A stretch of DNA of 64,000 bases from NCBI RefSeq assembly GCF_036365525.1, contig NC_090393.1, positions 51,212,904 to 51,276,903 on the forward strand, read 5' to 3'. Within the stretch, counting starts at the first letter, position 1; every line of letters starts with the position of its first letter. Shown piece by piece: positions 39,601 to 54,600 of this stretch. The notes beneath the pieces were generated by a model. It made no database searches. It was not told the origin of the DNA and was given only the letters and a program-made list of their open reading frames with translations. The position numbers were made by a program, and so were the translations under genes. This DNA comes from Heterodontus francisci (taxonomy: Eukaryota).

Positions 39601-42600
39601 ATTAGTGAAGGGTTCAAAGGAACAGTCCCAGCCCTTGGGGGATTATGTTAAGAAGAATCAGGCAATGGAACACACTTTTGCTGAAGGAAAGGGTTAAATT
39701 ATGAAAACAGGTTGCATGAAGCTGACTTGTAATCAGTTGAGTTTAGAAGGTTGAAAGGTAATCTAGCAAAGGTTTTTAAATGATAAAAGGATTCAATAGG
39801 GTAGATAAAGAGAATCTATTTCACCAGGTGGGAAAATCCAGAACAAGGGGGTATAATCTTAAAATTAGAGCTAGGTCAAACAGGACTGAAATCAGGAAAC
39901 ACTTCTTCACCATTAACTTCTCAAGGGCAATTAGGGATGGGCAATAGATGTTGGCCTTGCCAATGATGCCAACATCTCTTGAACAAAAAAAAAAATGGTG
40001 GTGGGAAACTGAAATTCTGTCGTCCAAAAGGTTAATGCTGGGTCAAATGAAGCTTTCACCAGTGAGATCAATAGATTGGTGTGAGGTAAGGGTATCAACT
40101 GCAGATAAATGGAGTTGAGGCACAGATCAGCCATAAACTAATAGAATACCGGAACAGACCTGAGGCTGAAGGGCCTATATCTATGTCTGGGTTCTACATG
40201 TGACTCTTATACGGTAACAGTCAGTTATGAAAAAAGAGGTGTGGCCTCACCATGAATAGCACAGCCTTCAGTCCAGGGGCAAGATGCTTCTGCTTCTTGA
40301 GAAATTCCACAATTTCCTGACTTACCCAGCTACTGGTAGACGAGAGCAAAGGTACAAACTGGCAGTAAACAACCCATCAAGCTGCAACACCCATTTACAC
40401 TGCAACACCCATTCACCACAGTGCAATACTCTTAGACACTGCAACACCCATTCACCACACTGCAATACTCTTAGACACTGCAACACCCATTCACCACACT
40501 GCAATACTCTTAGACACTGCAACACCCATTCACCACACTGCAATACTTTAGACACTGCAACATGCATACTCACTGCAACACCCATTCACACTGAAACACC
40601 CATTTACAGTGCAACATCGATTCACCACACTGCAACACCCATTCACCACAGTGCAATACTCTTAGACACTGCAACACCCATTCACCACACTGCAATACTC
40701 TTAGACACTGCAACACCCATTCACCACACTGCAATACTCTTAGACACTGCAACACCCATTCACCACACTGCAATACTTTAGACACTGCAACATGCATACT
40801 CACTGCAACACCCATTCACACTGAAACACCCATTTACAGTGCAACATCGATTCACCACACTGCAACACCCATTCACACTGTAGCACCTATTCACATTGCA
40901 ACCCCCATACACATTGAAACAGGCATCGACACTGTAACACCCATTCACACTGCAACACCCATAGAAACTGGAATACCCATTCATACTGTAATACCGACTT
41001 ATACCACAACACCCATAGGCACTGCAACATACATATACACTGCAACATCCAACACATTGCAACAACCTTTCGACTGCAACACCTATTCAGAATGCAACAC
41101 CCATAGACACTGCAACACACATACACATAGCAATTTGCATACACAATGCAACACCCATTCACACCCTAACATCCATTCACCACACTGCAACACACATACT
41201 CACTGCAACATCCAGTCACTCGGCAACCCCCAAAAACATTGCAACACCCATATGCAGTGCGCCATTCATTCACACTGCAATCCTCATACACAAGGAAATG
41301 CCCATAAACACTGCAACACACATTCACACTGCAACATCCATAGACACTGGAACACCCATACACACTGCAACACCCACAGGGAATGGAAGACAGATTTACA
41401 CTGCAACACCCATATACACTGCAACACCCAGTCGTACTGCAAGACCCATTCACATTGCACAACCATACACACTGCAACACCCATACACACTCCAATGCCC
41501 ATTCACCATGCTGCAATACCCATTCACACTGTAGCACCCATTCAAACTGCACCCGTATTCACACTGCAACACCCATACACAATGCAACACACATACACGC
41601 TGCAAAACAGATAAAGACTGCAACATCCATTCACACTGCAACCCCCTTACACATTGAAATACTCAAAAACACTGCAACATCCATTCGTATGGCAACACCT
41701 ATACACACTGCAAAACCAATTTAAATTGCAACAACCATTCACACTATTACACCCATTTTAATGCAATCGCCATACACACTGAAACACCCATAGACAATGG
41801 AACACCCATTTTAATGCAACACACAACATGCATTCACACTAACACCCATTCACCACACTGCATCATGCATACACACTGCAACACACATAAACACTGCAAC
41901 ATCCATTCACACTGTAGCATCCAAAGACTCTGCAACACACATTCACACTGCAACACCATTCACCACACTGCAACACAAATTCACACTGTAGCCCACATAC
42001 ACACTGCAACACCCATACACACTGTAACATCCATTCACACTGCAACATCTATACACACTGCAATGCCCATTCACAACACTGCAACACCCATTCACACTGT
42101 CGCACCATTCATACGGCAACGCCAATTCACACTGCAACACCCATTCATACTGTAACACCAATTCACACAGCAACACCCATAGGCACTGGAACACCCATTC
42201 ATACTGCATCATGCATTCACGCTGCAACACCCATTCACCACACTGCAACACCCATAGACACTGAAGCACACATACACACTGCAACATGCACTCACACTGT
42301 AACATCCATTCACACTGCAACATCCATTCACACTGAAACACCCATAGACACTGGAACACCCATTCACAATGCAACATCCATTCACCACATTGCAACACAG
42401 CTTCACAACACTGCAACACCCATTCACCAAACTGCAACACCCATTCACCCTGCAACACCCAATCACACTGTAGGACCCATTCACACTACAAACCCCAGAC
42501 ACACTGAAACACCCATAGACACTGCAACGCCAGTAGACACTGGAACACCCATTCAAACTGCAACACCCATTCACCAAACTGCAACACCCATTCATACTAG

Positions 42601-45600
42601 ACACTGGAACACCCATAGACACTGGAACATCCATTCACAACACAACATCCATTCACCACACTGCAACGCAGCTTCACCATACTGCAACACACATTCACAC
42701 TGTAACACCTATAGGCACTGGAACACTCATTCACAATGCAATACCCATTCACCACACTCCATTCACATTGTAGCACATATTTAAACTGCAACCCCCATGC
42801 ACACTGCAACACCCATACAAACTGCAACACCCATTCACACTGCAACAAACATTCACAATGCAACACCCATTCACCACACTGCAACACGAATTCATACTGT
42901 AGCATTCATTTACATTGTAAACCACATACACATTGCAACATCCATACACACTGCAATGTGCATTCACGACACTGCAACACCCATTGACACTGTAGCTCAT
43001 TCATACGGCAATGCCAATTCACACTGCAACACCCATTCATACTGTAACGCCAGTTCACACAGCAACACCCATAGGCACTGGAACACCCATTCATACTGCA
43101 TCACGCATTCACGCTGCAACACCCATTCACATTGTAACACCCATTCACCATACTGCAATACCCATTTACACTGTAGCACCCACTCACACTGCAACACACA
43201 TACACACTGTAGCATCTGTTCATACTGCAAACCACATACACACTGAAACAAACTTAGACATTGCAACACCCATTCATACTGCAACAATTCACACTGCATC
43301 ACCCATACACAGTGCAACACCCATTCCGACTGTAGCACCCATTCAAACTGCAACACACATTCACACGGCAACAGCCATAGACACTGAAACAGTAATTCAC
43401 ACTGCAACACCGATTCACACTGCAACACCGATTCACACTGCAACATCCATTCATACTGCAACAGCCATTCACACTGCAACACCCATTCGTACTGCAACAG
43501 CCATAGACACTGAAACAGTAATTCACACTGCAACACCGATTCACATCACTGCAACATCCATTCAACACACTGCAACATCCATTCACGGCACTGCAACACC
43601 CATTCACACGGTAGCACGCATTCAAACTGCAACTGTCATACACACTGAAACACCCATGGATACTGCAACGCCCATTCATATGGCAACATCCGTTCATACC
43701 GCAACATCAACAGGCACTGAAATGCCTATAAACACTGCAACACACATTCACACTGCAACATCCATAGAAGCTGGAACACATATCATTCACACTGCAACAC
43801 CCATTCATTACACTGCAACTCCATTCTCCACACCGCAACACCCATTCAAACTGCAACTCCCATATACACTGAAACACCCATTGACACCGCAATGCCTTTG
43901 CACACTGCAACATCCATTCATACTGCAACACACATTCAGGCTACAAAACATATTCGCATTGCAACACCCAGTCATACTGCAAGACTCATTTATATTGCAA
44001 CAACTTTTCACATGGAGTGACACAGTGGTTAGCACCGCAGCCTCACAGCTCCAGCGACCCGGGTTTGGTTCTGGGTACTGCCTGTGTGAAGTTAGCAAGT
44101 TCTTCCTGTGACCATGTGGGTTTCTGCCGGGTGCTCTGGTTTCCTCCCACAGCCAAAGATGTGCAGGTTGATAGGTAAATTGGCCATTGTAAATTGCCCC
44201 TAGTGTAGGTAGGTGGTCGGAGAATTGTGGCAATGTGGTAGGGAATAGGATTAGTATAAATGAGTGGTTGATGGTCAGCACAGACTCGGTGGGCCGAAGG
44301 GCCTATTTCAGTGCTGTGTCTCTTTATGACTACAACAGTCATTCACACTGAAACAACCCTAAACACTGCAAGACCCATTCAAACTGCAAGACCCATTCAC
44401 ATTGAAAAAACCTTTCACACGACAGCACATATACACACCAACACTGATTCATCGCCCTGCAACCCCCAGTCACCACACTGCAAGATCCATTCACACTGCA
44501 ACCCCCATAGACAGTGGAACACCCATTCACACTGTGAAACCCATACGCATTGAAGTACCCAGCGACATAGCAATGCCCATTCACATTGCAAGACCCATTA
44601 GGAACCGCAACAACCTTTCACACTACAGCACATATACACACTGCAACACTGATTCATCGCCCTGTAACCCCAGTCACCACACTGCAATGCCCATAGACAG
44701 TAGGACAGCCATTCACACTGTAAACACCCTTAGACACTGTAACACCCATAGGCACTACAGCACCCGTTCACGCAGCGCCACATATTAACACTGTAACATC
44801 CGTAGACGATGGAACACGTACCATTCACACTTCAAACCACATAGACACTGGAACACCCATTCACACTGCAACATCCATTCACCACAACATAACCTCATCA
44901 CTCTGCAACAACCATTCCCACTGTAGCACCCATTCAAACTGAAACACCAAAGATACTGCAACACTCATAGGAACTGTAACATACATACTGCAACAGCTAC
45001 TCACACTGTAGCACCCATACACACGGAAATGCCCATTCACCCTGCAACACAGATTCACAATGCAACACCCATCGACACTAGAACACCCATTCACACTGCA
45101 ACCCACATATATCCTGGACTAACCCTAAACACTGCAACACACATACACACTGTAGCATCCATTCAAACTGCAACCCCCGTACACACTGACACACCCAGAG
45201 ACACCGCAATGCGCATTGACACTGCAAGACCCATAGGAACTGGAACACCCATTCACATTGCAAGACCCATTCACTACATTGCAACACCCATTAACACTGT
45301 AGCACCCATTCATCCTGCAACCCCAGTACACACTGAAACACCCATAGACCCGGCAATGCCCATTCACGCTGCAACCCACTTACACACTGAAAAACCCATT
45401 TGCACTATAGCACCCATTAAAACTGAAATGCCCATTCACACAGAAATACCCATTCACACTGCAACAGCCATGGACATTGCAACACACATTCACACTGCAA
45501 CAACCAATCAAACTGCAACACACTTTCACATTGCAACACCCAATCACACTGCCACACTCATACACATTGGAATACCCTAAACACTGGAACACCCATACAC

Positions 45601-48600
45601 ACTGCAATACTCATTCCAACTGCAACACCCAGAGACACTAAAATGCCCATAGACACTGCAACACACAACAACCATTCACTGCACTGCAACATGCATAGAC
45701 ACTGCAACACCCAATCACACTGCAGCACCCATTTACAGTGCAACACTAATAGGCACTGGAGCACTGATTCACAAAGCAACACCCATTCACACTGCAACAC
45801 CCATTCGTACTGCTGCACACTTTCGCATTGCAACACCCAATCACACTGCAACATGCATTCAAACTGCAACACCCATTCACAATGCGACACCGATAGGCAC
45901 AAGAACACCCATTCACACAGCAACATCTATTCACAACACTGCAACACCCATTCAACTGTAGCAACCATTCACACTGCAACATCCATAGACACTGCAACAC
46001 CCATTCACCACACTGCAGCCCCCTTACAAACTGCAGCAGCCATTCACACTGCAACACCGAATCACACTGCAACACCCATAGACACTAGAACACCCATTCA
46101 CACTGCAATATGCACAGACAATGCAATACCGATTCACCACACTGCACACCCATTCACACTGTTGCATCCATTCACACTGCAACCCCCATACACACAGAAA
46201 TGCCCATTTACACTACAACACCCATTCACATTGCAACACACATAGCACTGCAACACACATTCACCACACTGCAACACCCATTCATCACACTGCAACGTCC
46301 ATAGACTTTGCAACATCCATAGACACTGCAACACCCATTCACACTGTGACACCCATTCAAACTGCAACACCAAAGACACTGCAACACCCATTCACACTGC
46401 AACACCCATTCATCACAATGTCCATAGACTCTGCAACATCCATAGACACTGCAACACCCATTCACACTGCGACACCCATTCAAACTGCAACACCAAAGGC
46501 ACTGGAACACACATTCACAATGCAACACCCATACGCACTGCAAAACACATACACACTGCAACATTCATTCACCACTGCAACATTCATTCACCACACTGCA
46601 ACATGCACACTGAAACACCCATGCACAATGCAGCATCCATTCACACAGTAGCAACTATTCGCACTGCAACTTCTATGGACACGGCAACATCCATTCACAC
46701 TGCAACACCCATTCAGACTGTACCAACCATTCAGACTGCAACCCACATATACACTGCAACCCCCTTACACATTGAAACACCCATAGTCACTGTAATGCCT
46801 ATTCCCACTGCAACACCCCTACACCTCAGAGGGACCTTGGTGTACTTGTCCATTGATCACTAAAGGCAGCAGCACAGGTAGTTAAGGTGGTTAGGAAGGC
46901 ATATGGGATACTTGCCTTTATTAGCCAAGGCATAGAATATAAGAGCAGGGAGGTTATGATGGAGATGTATAAAACGCCAGTAAGGCCACAGCTGGAATAC
47001 TGTGTACAGTTCTGGGCACCACACTATAGGAAGGATGTGATTGCACTGCAGAGGAGATTCAGCGGGATGTTGCCTGGGCTGGAGCATTTCAGCTATGAGT
47101 AGAGACTGAAAAGGCTAGGCTTCTTTTCCTTAGAGCAGAGAAGGCTGAGGAGAGGTATGATTGAGGTATACGAAGTTATGAGGGGCATTGATAGGTTAGA
47201 TAGGAAGAAACTTTTTTCCCCTAGTGGAGGGGTCAGTAACCAGATTTAAGGTAGGGGCAGGAGGTTTAGAGGGGATTTGAGGAAAAAAAATTTCACCCAG
47301 AATGTGGTTGGAATCTGGAACGCACTGCATGAAGAGGTGGTAGAGGCAGGAACCCTCACAACATTTAAGAAGTATTTAGATGAGCACTTGAAACGCCATA
47401 GTATACAAGGCTACAGGCCAAGTGCTGGAAAATGGGATTAGAATAGTTGGATGCTTGATGGCCGGTACAGACACAATGGGCCGAAGGGCCTGTTTCTGTG
47501 CTGTATAACTCTATGACTCTATGACCTGGCAATACCCCTACACACTGCAACACCCATAGAAACTGGAACATCCATTCACACTGCAACACCCATTCACCAC
47601 ACTGCAATCTCCATTCACACAGAAAAACCCATAGACACTGCAATATCGATTGACACTGCAACACCCATTAACACTGTAACACTTGTTCAACCAGTCACAC
47701 TGCAACATCCATTCACCACACTGCAGGACCCTTTTACCACACTGCAACACCCATTGATACTGCAACTCTCATAGACACTGCAGCACCAATACACACTTAC
47801 GCACCCATACACACTGCAACACCTATTCACACTGCAACATACTTACACGCTGCAACATCACAGTCAGGTCTGGTATCCCAGGCAACAGACTCAGGTAGGG
47901 ACCCCAGGAATAAGTATTATATTTTGGATAAGTATCCTGGGACTTATTAACTGAGTAAGGACTGTTATCCTCGAATATTCTGAAATTGTATAATCCCCTT
48001 CATGATGAGGTTTGATGCAGGGTGTTCTGGATGTTAAAATTGGAGGCCAATTTCAAAGATTTTTCACTGGCTCTGCTGCTGTGAGTTACGTGTTTCCAGA
48101 GACTGAGGGTAGCAGTTTGTGTTGTGGAAAAGGACTCAATAAACTAATTCCACTTTCTGCTAGCCTTTGATTGAGTTTGGTTTCATTTTCTCATGGCCCA
48201 CACCCACACCCCCGCCTATGAAAGGAGGGTGCAACAACTACTTAACCAGCTTCTTGCATTGCCACAGCTCTTCTTGTTGCACTAACAGTATTGATTCTTA
48301 TTTTTGACATGGTGGCCTGAACTCGGTATAAGCGGCCTTACCATCAGAGTACACTGTGTTTTTGAGATTTTGATAATTATTTGCAGTGTGGGGACACCTC
48401 ATTATCCAGCTGTCTTTCGTTTTGCATGGTATTAACTCAAGGAGAGATGGATCCCACTCACCCCTGACTACACACTGGGTTTCTTTCTAGCCATAGTCTG
48501 GTTTCCATGCAGGCAGTAACACTGATTCTAAAGGCCCTCAGCCACTTTCTTCGTAAAAAAAACAAAGGAAAAAGACATCACGGGTAATTTTCTGAGGCCG

Positions 48601-51600
48601 TGTTGGTGTCAGGAAACCCAGGATGCGGCCAGTGCACAAGAAGTGTTTAAGGGCACCAGGCCCCTAGTTTTTCAAAACCTGCTGAGGTTCCCTATGTTCT
48701 TGGGAAACAACGTCCCACATAGCAAACCCTGGATGCAATGAGATAAATGGTGTCAAATCCTGTCAGCACACCAGCCAACCTAAAAAGCTAGCAAATGCTG
48801 AACAATAGCTTCAAAAAAAACAGTGACACATTCCCTGGAAAGCTCAGGAGCAGCTGCACAGACCTACAAAATGTTGTTACGACCGAGGCTGGAGGAGTGT
48901 ACTGTCATTCTCTAGTTCCACTTCTCTACAGGTCACAACATATATTTAAATGTTTACTGAGTTACCGATACGGCCAATCATATACTCTATTTTTATTTCA
49001 GAATAAAATCCACCAATCAGGTTTCTTTAATAAATAACAAAATTATTTATTTGTTATAAAACAAGACTTATTCAGTAAAGATGCAAATTAACACACAGAT
49101 TGAAATATGAAAGTTCCCTTTTAAATTAGTCCAACACACACACACACACATACGCACACATACCAGTTAAAGAAAAAAATAAAGAAGTTTTCTCTGCAGA
49201 GACCTCTTTACAAATAAGAAAAAAAAACCTTGGCCAAATACGTGTTAATTCTTGAAGGAAAAGGAGAAGATATGGAATGATAACAGTTGTCCCCTTATTC
49301 TGACGTCCCAAATATGCGTAGAAGTTGTCACTGGTATCTTTTTTAATTTTTTTATTTATTTTTATTTAGAGATACAGCACTGAAACAGGCCCTTCGGCCC
49401 ACCGAGTCTGTGCTGACCATCAACCACCCATTTATACTAATCCTACATTAATCCCATATTCCTACCACATCCCCACCTTCCCTCAATTCCCCTACCTATA
49501 CTAGGGGCAATTTACAATGGCCAATTTACCTATCAACCTACAAGTCTTTAGCTGTGGCAGGAAACTGGAGCACCCGGCGAAAACCTACACAGTCACAGGG
49601 AGAACTTGCAAACTCCGCATGGACAGTACCCAGAATTGAACCCGGCTGCAGTGCTAACCACTGCGCCACTGTGCTGCCCTTTTGGAGCAGTTCTCTTCAG
49701 AAGACATCAAGGATTAGTCTAGTATGCTTTTCAGGAGAAATGCAGCATCACTTTCTCTATTTCCCACACTGGATTCTCAGGGTTTCTCAAAGAGGTGGAA
49801 AAAGGATGAGCTGGTGTCTTCTCTCTTAGCAGGCTTACCTCCAACTGACTCAAACCATATCCAAAACGAAACCCACTCTTGACCACTAAAAATCTTGACA
49901 TGTCACTTCTCCGTAAACAACTCCCCCTAGACACCAAGGCTCTTGCTGTTTATTTAGCTTAAGACATGTGACATCCAGTTAGGGTTTGTTTTTAAACAAG
50001 TTCCCCAAGTCTTCCAGTGACCTTTGTTTTTTTTTAAAGTCCAGCATCTATAAAGAGATACCAGTCCCAAATGAATCCATCTTCAAAATCTTCAAACATG
50101 ACTCCTCAAAAATATTAAAAAATGAAAGCACTTTCATAACAATGTGAACACAAATAGTTTCACAGGCTCTGTAACTTAATCTGTAAATGTACTCTCCAGA
50201 CCAGCGACTTGCATATAAGATCTAGGCTGACACTTCAACGAAGTACTAAGGGAGTGCTGCACTGTTGGAAATGACGTCTTTCAGATGAGATGTTTAACCA
50301 AGGCTCCGTCTGCCATCTCAGGTGGACATAAAGGATCCCATGGCATTATCTTGAAGAAGAGCAGAACCATTTCCCTTGGTGTGTTGGCTAATATATATCC
50401 CTCAACAAACATCACTAGAAACAAATGATGTGATCACTATCTGATTTCAGTTTGTACAAGCTCTGCACAGATTAGTTGCCATATTTCCAATATTACAGCA
50501 ATGATTACACTTCAAAAGTACTTCACTGGCTGTAAAGCATTTTGGAACGTCCTGAGATAGTGAAGAGTAAATGGAAGCTCTTTCTAATTGAATTTTGATT
50601 CTGGACACTCCACAGCATCCAGGGCATTTTTCACATGAGAGGTTTGGACCTGTTACATGTTCTCATTATTTCTAAATCAGTGTAATTGGAGCAAGCGGGG
50701 CTGCAGCAGAGAGCAGCATAGTGACAAAGAGGCTGCAAGAGGAGCCAAGGAAAAGATTTCAGAGATGATCTCCAGGTGCCAGTAAATTCTGCACCAAATA
50801 TCCAACAGGGAAAAGTCAGACAAAAATAAATGAGAAATATAAACAGAAAATTTGGGAAATACTCTGCAGGTGTGACAGCATCTGTGGGCAGAGAAACAGA
50901 ATTAACATTTCAGGTCAGCGACCCTTCGTCAGAAGAGAGATGAAACATTAACTCTGTTTCTTGCTCCACAAATGCTACCTGACCTGCAGAGCATTTCTAT
51001 TGTTTTCTGTTTTTATTTCAGATTTCCAGCATCCACTGTACTTGTTTTACTTGTTCATGGGATGTGAGCATCGCTGGCTAGGCCAGCATTTGTTGCCTAT
51101 CCCTAATTGCCCTTGAGAAGCTGGTGGTGAGCTGCCTTCTTGAACCACTGCGGTCCTTGTGGTTTAGGTACACCAACAGTGCTGTTAGGAAAGGAGTTCT
51201 AGGATTTGGACCCAGCGACAGTGAAGGAACAGTGATAAATTTCCAAGTCAGAATGTTGTGTGACTTGGAGGGGGACTTGCAGGTAGCGGTGTTCCCATGT
51301 GTCTGCTGCCCTTTTCTTCTAGGTGGTAGAAGTCGTGGGTTTGGAAGGTGCTGTCGAAGGTGTCTTGGTGAGTTGCTGCAGTGCATCTTGTAGATGACAT
51401 ACACAGCTGCCACTGTGCTCCAGTGGTGAAGGGACTGAATGTTGAAGGTGGTGGATGGGGTGCCGATTAAGCGGGCTCCTTTGTCCTGAGTGGTGTCCTG
51501 AGTGAATGTTGTTGGAGCTGCACTCATCCAGGCAAGTGCAGCGTATTCCATCACACTCCTGACTTGTACCTTGTAGATGATGGACAGGCTTTGGGGAGTC

Positions 51601-54600
51601 AGGAGGTGAGTTACTCGTTGCAGAATTCCCAGTTTCTGACCTGCCCTTATAGCCACAGTATTTACATGCTGGTCCAGTTAAGTTTCTGATCAATGTCAGC
51701 CCCCAGAATGATGATGGTGGGGGTTTCAGTGATGGTAATGCTGTTGAATGTCAAGGGAAGATGGTTAGATTCTGTCTTTGTTGGAGATGGTCATTGCCTG
51801 GCACTTGTGTGGCATGAATGTTACTTGCCACTTATCAGCCCAAGCCTGAATGCATGTGGGCACAGACTGCTTCAGTATCTGCATAAAATTAAATTGGTTA
51901 ATGTCTTTAAATAAAATACGTTCGTCAAGGATGTCAAGAACTTGGAGAAGGTCAGCGAGATTTACTAGAATAGTACCAGGGATGAAGGACTTCAGTTATC
52001 TGGAGAAACTAGAGAAGCTGGGATTGTTCTTGTTAGAGTAGAGAAAGTTAAAGGTAGATTTAATAGGAAAGTTCAAAGTTATGAAGGCTTTTGATAGAGC
52101 AGTTAGGGAGTAATTGTTTCCACTGGCAAAACTGTAAAGAACCAGATTTAAGGTAATTGGCAGAAGATCCAGAGGTGAAGTGAGGAGAATTTCTTTTACT
52201 CAGTGATCTGGATTGCACTGCCTGAGAGGATGGTGGATGTAGATTGAATAGTAATTTCAAAAGGAAATTGGATAGGTTCTTGAAAAGTTTGAAAATACTT
52301 AAAAATTGCAGGTTTATAGGGAGAGAGCAGCAGGTAGGGCTAATTGGATAGCTCTTTCAAAAGAGCCAGCACAGGTACAATGGGACTCCTTCTGCACTGT
52401 ATGATTCTATAGTTACTAATATCCCACATGGTTTCAAGGCAAAGCAGCAATAAATATTTGGAATAATCTACCAAAGTAATAGAGACAAAAACATCGGGGT
52501 CATTCAAAATACAGTCCAACCGCACGGTGGCAGGGCTAATATACTAAAGGATGAGCTCTGTGGGACTGATTGGCCTTTCTTCATCTTATATTTTTGTTTC
52601 CCCTCAATGAGTCTGTGGAGAGATGATGTAATTGAAGGGCAGTGTGGGGTGGAGGGAGAGGTGGGGGTCGGGAATGCTCCTGTTCACATGACTGGCACCT
52701 AATTCTGTCTTTTTCCTGCAGCATCTCTTTAGCTGGATACCATATTGCAGCTTGGTCATCATCTTTGCTTATGTTTTCAGCTATGGAGTAGGCCCAGGTG
52801 AGCCGAATCATACAGGTACCCTTTCTGCTAACTAGCCATCCCATTCTTAAAACACACTTCACCAATCTTTGCAAAACTAAAGACTGAAATACACCACTGT
52901 CACTGTCCAAGTTACAAATGCGACTTGACATTTGGTGTTGGCTCCCTGTTAGTGGTGACACTAACCTTGATTATGCATCTGCTTTAGGGTTGTCAACGCT
53001 GGTTGGACATATTCCTGGAAGTTTCATCACATGACCTCCAACCATGCCTCCTGCTCTCCCACTATTGGTTACGCAACAAGTCCATCCTCACCTTTCTACT
53101 CCAATTGGAAAGCAAACAGAGTCTTTATTAGCCGATTGGATGAGACATGACTTTGAATCAAACGCGTTTTTTTTCCCCATCACCAATATTTTTCTTACGA
53201 ATAAAAGGAAATGTTCAAAGAAAATGGAATAGAACACGCAATGATGGCCTGAAGAACAACCTTTACATTCTTGAAGACTTTGGGATAATCCTGAAGGTTT
53301 GGAAAACCCAGTCTACTTTGGTGATGAGTGATCGGGAGATTACCCACTGAGTTTCCAAATTCATTCCATGTAGTGTACAGTGGAAATCTTCGCCCCCTCA
53401 GGGGTCGGCGATGTGACTGTACATGGACACCAGTGTCCCTGGGAAAACATTTTGAGGCCCGTGGTAATTTTAAATGTCTTGCTCCAAGCCTTTAAATTTA
53501 TGTTTTAACACACAAGTATAAAAGCTTAGAGCAAGACATTTATCATTATCAGGAGCGAAAGTAATTACAAAGGATCGGGGCAATGGGATAGATCCAACAG
53601 CCCACCAAAGTTTTGCATCCAGCCTGCCAATGCGTGAATGGTTTACCTGCCCGCGGATCTCGGTCCAATGTGAGCGCGGGGGCGGCAGGATTCACTGGGA
53701 AGGCTGGAGCTGTCAATCAGGGGACGCTGACCAATGGGAGCGGGACAGGGGGTGGTGCTAATGGAGCCATCAAACAGGTGCTCCCTGCCCATGTCTGACC
53801 TGTGGAATCAGCCCTGGAGAGTGTTGGTTTGAGGGGGAAAGGGTGAAAGGATATCGCACAGGAAAGCAATGATAGAACTGCAAAAGCAAGACTTCTTTGA
53901 GCCAGAGTAAGCTTTTTTTTTCAGGCAGACAGTCCACTTTCTCAGCTCTCCAAAGGCCCTGGTTTCTCTCAGAGTGTGCGACCGGTGCTGAGCAGTCATG
54001 TGTTTCTGCTCCTGGTGCATAGTGGGTGGGGGTGGGGGGGTTGGTGGGTGGTGGTGGAGAGAGGAGGGGGAATGAGGGATGGGGAAAGAGAGACAGGGAA
54101 GGAACAGTGGGGGAGCAAGAGGGCGAGACTGTGGGGGAGGGAGAGAGGGGGAGAAAGGGAGAGACTGGGAGGTGTGGGGGAAAGGGAGAGAGAGATGGGG
54201 AGGGGTGGAGGGGAGAGAGAGTGAGGGGAAGAAAGGGGAGAGAGGGGGAGTGTGGGGAGGGATGGGGGAAGAGTGGGGGGGGAGAGAGTGGGGAGGGGCG
54301 TGTGGGGGGAGAGAGAGGGGAAGTAGGGGGAAGAGAGGGGGGAAGAGAGAGGGGATCGGGGCAATGGGGTAGTTCCTACAGCCCGCACAGTGTGTTACCC
54401 TTGTTTCATGAGTTCATATGTAGCAACTCAGATACAGCTTTTTCTCACGAGTGAAACTAACCCAGGACACACTGTTAACAACATTACATGTCCTTCAGCT
54501 GACCTGAGTGCACCCAGCAGATTTATCTGAGAATCCCATCAGCTGCGTGAGACTTGTGGATTAAGGATCCAGTGACACCCAGCACTAAACCCCATCTAGT

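Larger units (their letters stand above)
40382..47860. repeat. About 7.5-kb degenerate satellite, 18/21-bp unit (cacactgcaacacccatt / +cac)
   Basis: Hundreds of copies, interrupted by a SINE and a CR1 fragment; source of the many spurious HTATPI/HCNTHS ORFs. Confidence 0.97.

Noticed and set aside
40284-47765. Dozens of His/Cys/Thr-rich ORFs (HCNTHS, HTATPI, CEWVLQ) resembling metal-binding or keratin-associated proteins
   Set aside because: These are open frames on both strands of an 18-bp satellite, with frequent frameshifts and no splice or codon signal.
53976-54454. Pro-rich and Gly/Glu/Arg-rich ORFs
   Set aside because: They come from a low-complexity purine tract.
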